In this document: positions 58,587 through 64,000 of the stretch, in pieces
Position numbering within the stretch: position 1 is the stretch's first letter
How the letters are laid out: each line of letters opens with the position of its first letter
Origin: Marispirochaeta sp.
GTDB lineage: Bacteria; Spirochaetota; Spirochaetia; JC444; Marispirochaetaceae
Direction of reading: 5' to 3'
Assembly: GCA_963676835.2 (NCBI GenBank)
Contig: CAXXFF010000002.1
Location: 1,728,001 to 1,792,000 of the forward strand
Length of the DNA: 64,000 nucleotides
The notes under the pieces: generated by a model
What the model was told of the DNA's origin: nothing
The model's input: the letters and a program-made list of their open reading frames with translations, nothing else
Databases searched by the model: none
Translations under genes and position numbers: made by a program

Positions 58587-59711
58587 TCAGGCGTATGCTT
58601 TTTTATAGAACGGTGTGGCTGTTATTTCTGCCTTTCGCAGCCTACCGTTAATTTCAACCTCTACAATATCCCCGGTCTTTACCAGGTCCCGGGGAAGCCG
58701 TACAATGGCGATAAAGCTGTCCAGACTGGGAGACTTGCCTCCGCTGGTTACTTCACCTCTTTTGTCACCGCCGACAAAAACCGGATACCCCTGGCGGGGA
58801 ACACCCTTATCGATCATCTGCAGTCCACGAAGAATCCGGTAGTTCCCGGTTTCCACCATGCCGGTCAAAGCCTCTTTGCCGATAAAAAACTCTTTTTCAA
58901 AATTGATAAAGCTTTTAAGGCCTGCCTCCAGGGGACCGGCATCGGCGGTCAGTTCGTGTCCATAGAGGGGAAGCCTTGCTTCCATTCTGAGGGTGTCCCT
59001 GCTTCCAAGGCCGCAGGGCAGGGCGCCCCTGTCGCGGGTATGATTAACCAGGGTGGTATAGATGGCTGCTCCCTCTTCTGCGGGAGAGTAGATTTCGAAG
59101 CCCGATTCGCCGGTGTAGCCGGTGCGGGAAATCAGGACTTCCGTACCGGACAGTGATGCCTTCTCCTCGAAGCCGTAGAAAGGAATATCCGCAAGATTGG
59201 TATCCACCAGCTCCTGGAGATACTCTTCCGCTTTGGGCCCCTGCAGGGCTATCTGGGCCCATTTATTTGAGCGGTTTTCTATAATTACAGACTCCGGTCT
59301 GCCGGCGGCTTCCGGATTTTCCGTGTATATCCAGTTAAAATCTTTTTCCGTATTGGATGCATTGACCACCAGCATGAAACGCTCTTCTGCAAGCCGGTAG
59401 ATTACCAGGTCGTCAACTGATCCGCCGTCGGGATAGCAGAGGATGGTATAAAGACAGCGGCCGGTTTTCATTGATGCCACAGAGCCGGTTACCAGTCTGT
59501 CCAGATAATCCCCGGCTCCTTTGCCTTCTACAAAGATTTCGCCCATATGGGAGACATCGAATATCCCGGCGTTGGAGCGGACTGTTTTATGTTCAGTTAT
59601 GATTCCGGTTGAAAACTGTACCGGAAGTTCCCAGCCGCCGAAGTCGATAAGTTTGACTCCCTCCATAGCGCTGTAGGCTGAGTAAAGGGGTGTTCTCTTT
59701 AATGATTTCAT
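58587..59711 (-). CDS. gcvT: Glycine cleavage system T protein
   Basis: FGGWELP, FDVSHMGE, SRTGYTGE and GLGSRDTLRMEA. Confidence 0.97.
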   Translation of the reverse strand: MKSLKRTPLYSAYSAMEGVKLIDFGGWELPVQFSTGIITEHKTVRSNAGIFDVSHMGEIFVEGKGAGDYLDRLVTGSVASMKTGRCLYTILCYPDGGSVDDLVIYRLAEERFMLVVNASNTEKDFNWIYTENPEAAGRPESVIIENRSNKWAQIALQGPKAEEYLQELVDTNLADIPFYGFEEKASLSGTEVLISRTGYTGESGFEIYSPAEEGAAIYTTLVNHTRDRGALPCGLGSRDTLRMEARLPLYGHELTADAGPLEAGLKSFINFEKEFFIGKEALTGMVETGNYRILRGLQMIDKGVPRQGYPVFVGGDKRGEVTSGGKSPSLDSFIAIVRLPRDLVKTGDIVEVEINGRLRKAEITATPFYKKAYA

Positions 59712-59751
59712 GGTCCCTGCCTTGTTAATAAAAGGATAATCCTATCCGTGC

Positions 59752-60195
59752 TTATCCGCTATAGGGGACTTTGCTGTTGTAGCATTTGTACACAACAAAG
59801 GTTTCCACCGAGTCTATGTCCTTGATTTTTGAAACTTCCTGAGTATAAAACTCCAGAAGGCTGAAATCCTCTTCAAGAAGTACGTCTATGAGCAGATCAA
59901 ACCGGCCGGTGACAACCTTTACTGCCAGAACTCCCCGGAGACGGCTTATCTCTTCGCCTTTTTTAACCAGATCCATGGTGGCAAGCTTCACGCCTACCAC
60001 AATCAGCTGTCCGCCGGGGATAGCTTCGGGTTCCACCAGGGCTTTTATCTCCATCTGACCCGATTCTGTCATTCGGTTGACCCGGCTGCGTACGGTATTT
60101 TCTGTAATCTGAAGTTCTTCCGCAATTTCCCGAAAAGACCGGCGGCCGTCTTTGAGTCTGGTCAGTATGTCGCAGTTGAGCTGGTCAAGTTGCAT
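59752..60195 (-). CDS. Lrp/AsnC-family regulator
   Basis: DGRRSFREIA...TVRSRV HTH and VTGRFD. ATG 60195 follows TTGACA-17-GACATT. Confidence 0.92.
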   Translation of the reverse strand: MQLDQLNCDILTRLKDGRRSFREIAEELQITENTVRSRVNRMTESGQMEIKALVEPEAIPGGQLIVVGVKLATMDLVKKGEEISRLRGVLAVKVVTGRFDLLIDVLLEEDFSLLEFYTQEVSKIKDIDSVETFVVYKCYNSKVPYSG

Positions 60196-60375
60196 ATGTG
60201 CAAATGTCATGTAAATTGCTGATAATGTCAATAATTTTAAGGTAAATTGATGAAAAAGTTATTTGATGTATTGAATACTGCTGAAACAGGCGTTTCGGGT
60301 TTCGGGTTGCAGAAAAATGAGGCCGGGAGGATCAATCTTGGCGGTAAGGTGTCAAAATGCTATAGTGGTGCCAGT

Positions 60376-62091
60376 ATGAGATTTACAGACTTTGATTTTC
60401 ATCCGGATATCCTGAAGGGTATCGAAGAAGCCGGCTTTGAAGAGTGTATGCCTGTTCAGGAACAGTGTTTTCAGGCCGTTTTTGCCGGCAAGGATGTAAC
60501 CGCCCAGTCCCAGACGGGGACGGGAAAAACCGCGGCGTTTCTTCTTTCCATCTATCAGCTGTTTTTATCCAACGGTGTAGAGAAGAAAAAAGCCCTTATT
60601 GTCGCTCCAACCAGGGAGCTTGTTGTACAGATTGAAGAGGAAGCAAAACTGCTTGGAGCCCATCTTGATCTCAAGGTAGGCAGTTTTTACGGCGGCGTTG
60701 GATACGCCAGCCAGGAACATCTGCTGAAAGACGGAGTGGATATTTTCGTTGGAACCCCCGGTCGCCTGATAGATTTCGGGAAGCAGAAAAAGATCGACTT
60801 TAAAGAGTTCGGCGCTGTAGTCATTGACGAGGCCGACAGGCTTTTTGATATGGGATTTCTCCCGGATCTGCGCAAACTGGTAAAAATGCTCCCTCCCATT
60901 AATGAGCGCAAAACATTGCTGTTTTCGGCGACCATGAGTGTCAGGGTACAGAACCTTGCCTGGGAATATATGCGCGATCCGGCTCATATCGAAATTGAGC
61001 CGGAACAGATTACCGTGGAAGAGATCGAGCAGAGCATCTACCATGTTTCCCGGGACGAAAAAATGCGCATGCTCATTGGTATTCTGAAGAAGTTCCAGCC
61101 TCCTACGGCTATTATTTTCAGCAATACCAAGTTCGCGTCTGTGGAGGTGGCCAAACGGCTCTCCCTCAACGGCTTCCCCTGTGAATACATCATGGGAGAC
61201 ATGCCCCAGAAGAAACGGCTTGCCACCATAAATAAGATCAAGAACGGAGAACTCCGTTTTCTGGTAGCCACCGATGTTGCCGCCCGGGGACTTCATATCA
61301 ATGATCTTGCCCTGGTGGTAAACTACGATGTGCCGGAAGACCCGGAAAGTTATGTTCACCGTATCGGTAGGACAGCCCGGGCCGGACGGGAAGGCCGGGC
61401 GGTAACCCTTGCCTGTGAGCGCTTTGTATATGGGCTTCCTGCCATAGAAAGCTACATCGGCATGAAACTCCCCGTTGCGGAAGTGGAAGAGGGACTTATT
61501 GCCGAAGACCAGAGTGCCGGCATGAATGTTATGCACGACCATTATCTGAAGAGAGACCGTGAGAGGGATTCCCGTTCCGGCGGCAGAGGCAGAAATGACC
61601 GCCGCGGAGGAGGCAGGAACGACCGTCGCCGGGATTCAAAACCCCGCAATTCCAGAGACCGTGACCGGAACGACCGGAACCGGGAGAAAAGCGGCGAGAT
61701 CCACCAGGATATCGATTCCGTTACAGGCCGCCAGACTTCCGGCTCGGGATACAAGAAAGGACGGCAGGATGGTCCCTCCAGAAACCGCCAGGACCGCTCC
61801 GGCAACAAACGGAGAGACCCCCAGCGTTCCGGCCAGAAAAAGCCGCGGCAGGAAGCACCCCAGGGAGCTCCCCGGAACTCCGCCCCCCGGCGCAGCCGCA
61901 AGGTGGCTCCGGAAATCGCCAGAAAGGGAGATCAGTCCCTGGAATCGCGGATGGAGTACTACCGCCAGAAATACGGCGAAAACTTTACTGCCAGTCCCGA
62001 TGTGCTGAAGAATGAGAAGAAGCACTCTTCCAAGGAGTCTCTTTTCAAGAAAATCGGACGCTTTTTCGGCGGAAGTAAAAAGCAGCAGTAA
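60376..62091 (+). CDS. DEAD-box RNA helicase with an Arg/Gly/Asp-rich disordered C-terminus
   Basis: Q motif, GTGKT, PTREL, DEAD, SAT and HRIGRTAR. Start moved to ATG 60376 after TTGGCG-17-TATAGT. Confidence 0.95.
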   Translation: MRFTDFDFHPDILKGIEEAGFEECMPVQEQCFQAVFAGKDVTAQSQTGTGKTAAFLLSIYQLFLSNGVEKKKALIVAPTRELVVQIEEEAKLLGAHLDLKVGSFYGGVGYASQEHLLKDGVDIFVGTPGRLIDFGKQKKIDFKEFGAVVIDEADRLFDMGFLPDLRKLVKMLPPINERKTLLFSATMSVRVQNLAWEYMRDPAHIEIEPEQITVEEIEQSIYHVSRDEKMRMLIGILKKFQPPTAIIFSNTKFASVEVAKRLSLNGFPCEYIMGDMPQKKRLATINKIKNGELRFLVATDVAARGLHINDLALVVNYDVPEDPESYVHRIGRTARAGREGRAVTLACERFVYGLPAIESYIGMKLPVAEVEEGLIAEDQSAGMNVMHDHYLKRDRERDSRSGGRGRNDRRGGGRNDRRRDSKPRNSRDRDRNDRNREKSGEIHQDIDSVTGRQTSGSGYKKGRQDGPSRNRQDRSGNKRRDPQRSGQKKPRQEAPQGAPRNSAPRRSRKVAPEIARKGDQSLESRMEYYRQKYGENFTASPDVLKNEKKHSSKESLFKKIGRFFGGSKKQQ

Positions 62092-62108
62092 GTCCTAAAA
62101 AAGGGGCT

Positions 62109-62264
62109 GTTGCGGTACGCTGTGGAACCGCGTGTTGGCAATGCCTGCCCCGCTCGTTCCGTCCGCGTTCCTCACTTCGTTGCGGTACGCTGTGGAACCG
62201 CGTGTTGGCTACGCCTGCCCCGCTTATTCCGTCCGCGTTCCTCACTTCGTTGCGGTACGCGGAC
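62109..62264. repeat. 70-bp tandem repeat (about 2.2 copies) with an imperfect hairpin, REP-like
   Basis: GTTGCGGTACGC occurs at 62109, 62179 and 62249. The last copy folds GTCCGCGT...TTCG...ACGCGGAC. Confidence 0.9.
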
Positions 62265-62267
62265 AAA

Positions 62268-64000
62268 CTAAAACAGGTCCGGGAGGCCCCGGATTTCGGC
62301 GGCCATGCGGCGTTCCAGGAGAATTGTGTCTCCCAGGGCGCTGCGGGCTGTTCGATCAACTACCATGACATCTACAGAATCCTCGCTTGTGCCGGCTCGT
62401 GCAGCCTGGTCCCGGACCTTTGCAATCAGCTCTTGTTCCAGGGTCAGTTCAGCGGCGGTAAGGTCGGGAAAGATTGTCTCCGTTTCTCCGTTAATGCGGA
62501 AACCGTTTTCCACGGGAATGATGGATCCGGAAACAGCAGCATGCACAGATGAGGTAATTGCTCCGATGGCGTTGGCCACATCCGCGTTTTCCGGTATCAG
62601 CGCTTCCATGCCGAAACAGGGTTTAATTCCTCCTAAAAGATAGGGCGCTGCAGCACCCAGTCCCACGATAGGAGCCGCAGGACTTACCTGAACTGCCGCT
62701 TTTGCGGTGCCCCCTCCCACCAGCAGTGCCGTGGCGGGATCGTCCAGGGGTATATCCATCAGTTTTGATACTACCCCGGAGGAGATAAGCTCCTCTGCTT
62801 TCTGCCACACTCCTTTGCTGTATTCGCTTTCCGGCATGCCAGCGGCGCTGGCGTGAATATTCAGGCCCAGTGCGGCGGTTTCGGGGTTCCCCAGTTTAAG
62901 CCGCTTTTCCGTATGCAGCAGGTCTGTGGGAGTCAGTCCGATACGCTCCAGACAGCGGACGGAAAAGAGGCGGTTGAGCTTCAGAAAGCGCCAGTGTCCA
63001 AGGCCCGCTGCCTCAGCCACATCAAGCATGGTCATGGGTCCCGCAGCAAGGCTATCCAGAACTTTCTGTTCCACCCTGTCCGGGGCAAAGGGCAGTTTTT
63101 TCCCGGTACTTCTTAAGATAAGACCCGCATCGGTATCCCCGCTGAGATCGTCGATTCTGTTGGATACTGTTTTGAGCACATAACTTTCTTCTTCAGAGAG
63201 CCTGCAGAGGGGTGTTATACGCTCAGGTCCCACCGAGAGGACTCCCGCCCGGTATCTGATAATACTGTCACCGCCTATTCCCAGGGTGACCATATCCACC
63301 GCCTGCACATGGGTTCTGTGGCTGCCGATTACCGCCCCGTTGGGGTCAGGCTCCACTCTGCCGTTATGGATACAGCCGATGTCCGAGGTGGTTCCTCCCA
63401 CGTCTATAATGGTTGCCTCCGGCAGTCCGGTAAGATATCCCGCTCCGGCGACACTTGCAGCAGGCCCTGAGAGGGCAGTCTCTATGGGGTGTTCCATGGC
63501 GAAGGAGGAGTTCATCAGGAATCCGTCTCCCCGGACAAAGAGTACCGGCGCATTAATGCCCAGTTCCTTGAGACATGCCTCGGCTGCATGAAAAAATGTT
63601 TCCAGATGGGGAATAATTCCGGCGTTGAGGACGGCTGTAGCAGCCCGGATGGTAAAATCAAGCTGACCGGAGAGCTCGTGACCGGCACAGACCATCAGCC
63701 CGGTTTCCCGGCGCAGCAGAGCGGCAATCTGTTTTTCATGCACCGGATTTACCGAGCCGCCATAGCCGGAAACCGCAAAAGCCTGAACTCCGTGGGTCCG
63801 GATCATTTCCGCCGCAGCGGCGAGAATCTCCTCGGTGTCGGGTTCTTCTATTACCTCACCGCTGATATTGATCCGTCCCCTGATGATTTTCCGCGGGCTG
63901 TGATTGATCTCTCTGGGTGTACTTCCTGCCAGGGGCATCAGCAGAAGGCCGACTTCCTGACGGTTGTTCTCCACTATGGCATTGGTGGCCAGGGTGGTGG
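62268..64000 (-). CDS. Hydantoinase/oxoprolinase family protein (5' end lies outside the window)
   Basis: The frame stays open to the window edge (TTLATNAIVE). Motifs RAATAVLNA, SGPAAS, DVGGTTSD and ANAIGA. Confidence 0.9.
   Translation of the reverse strand, partial: TTLATNAIVENNRQEVGLLLMPLAGSTPREINHSPRKIIRGRINISGEVIEEPDTEEILAAAAEMIRTHGVQAFAVSGYGGSVNPVHEKQIAALLRRETGLMVCAGHELSGQLDFTIRAATAVLNAGIIPHLETFFHAAEACLKELGINAPVLFVRGDGFLMNSSFAMEHPIETALSGPAASVAGAGYLTGLPEATIIDVGGTTSDIGCIHNGRVEPDPNGAVIGSHRTHVQAVDMVTLGIGGDSIIRYRAGVLSVGPERITPLCRLSEEESYVLKTVSNRIDDLSGDTDAGLILRSTGKKLPFAPDRVEQKVLDSLAAGPMTMLDVAEAAGLGHWRFLKLNRLFSVRCLERIGLTPTDLLHTEKRLKLGNPETAALGLNIHASAAGMPESEYSKGVWQKAEELISSGVVSKLMDIPLDDPATALLVGGGTAKAAVQVSPAAPIVGLGAAAPYLLGGIKPCFGMEALIPENADVANAIGAITSSVHAAVSGSIIPVENGFRINGETETIFPDLTAAELTLEQELIAKVRDQAARAGTSEDSVDVMVVDRTARSALGDTILLERRMAAEIRGLPDLF

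Noticed and set aside
59712..59751. Glycine riboswitch upstream of gcvT
   Set aside because: The intergenic space is only 40 nt and has no aptamer consensus.
60247..60375. N-terminal extension of the DEAD-box helicase
   Set aside because: It spans the predicted promoter. The Q-motif region starts at ATG 60376.
61550..61900. Repetitive DNA in the helicase 3' region
   Set aside because: It is explained by the Arg/Gly/Asp-rich disordered tail common in DEAD-box helicases.
62109..62264. Possible CRISPR array
   Set aside because: The 70-bp units repeat in full with no unique spacers, and there are no cas genes.

Overview
This 64 kb window is mostly core chromosome from a bacterium that looks like a free-living or anaerobic spirochaete (Spirochaetales). 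That assignment is inferred from the short C-terminally truncated AlaRS, the archaeal-type UMP kinase, the 'FAxGxxE' signal peptide on OppA and the clade-X PFK. Genes include alaS, rlmN, hisZ-hisG-hisB, rsmD-recG-yggT-dnaE, an HPr paralogue, tRNA-Leu(CAA), pyrH, lolA-rodZ-rimO-uvrD, rplM-rpsI-recX, two receiver proteins plus acylphosphatase, eno, a divergent ProRS coupled to a UPF0158-GNAT fusion, oppABCDF, trmB-ilvE, a carotenoid/isoprenoid cluster (polyprenyl synthase, ABC1 kinase, cruF, crtB), pfk, sbcDC, an Lrp-gcvTHPAPB operon, a DEAD-box helicase and a partial hydantoinase/oxoprolinase gene. I see no transposase, integrase, prophage or CRISPR array. The most notable observations are: (1) a ProRS paralogue with an altered acceptor-stem loop and proline-binding loop, coupled to a GNAT fusion; (2) a candidate ~105-nt sRNA whose terminator loop carries an anti-Shine-Dalgarno sequence; (3) a divergent NDK-like protein next to pfk; (4) many apparently leaderless promoters; (5) recX apparently starting inside rpsI and reading through a terminator; (6) a tRNA 3'-end repeat and a 70-bp tandem REP-like repeat; (7) a TPR protein with a RING/FYVE-like C8 zinc finger. 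All family calls come from motif recognition by eye, with no database searches.
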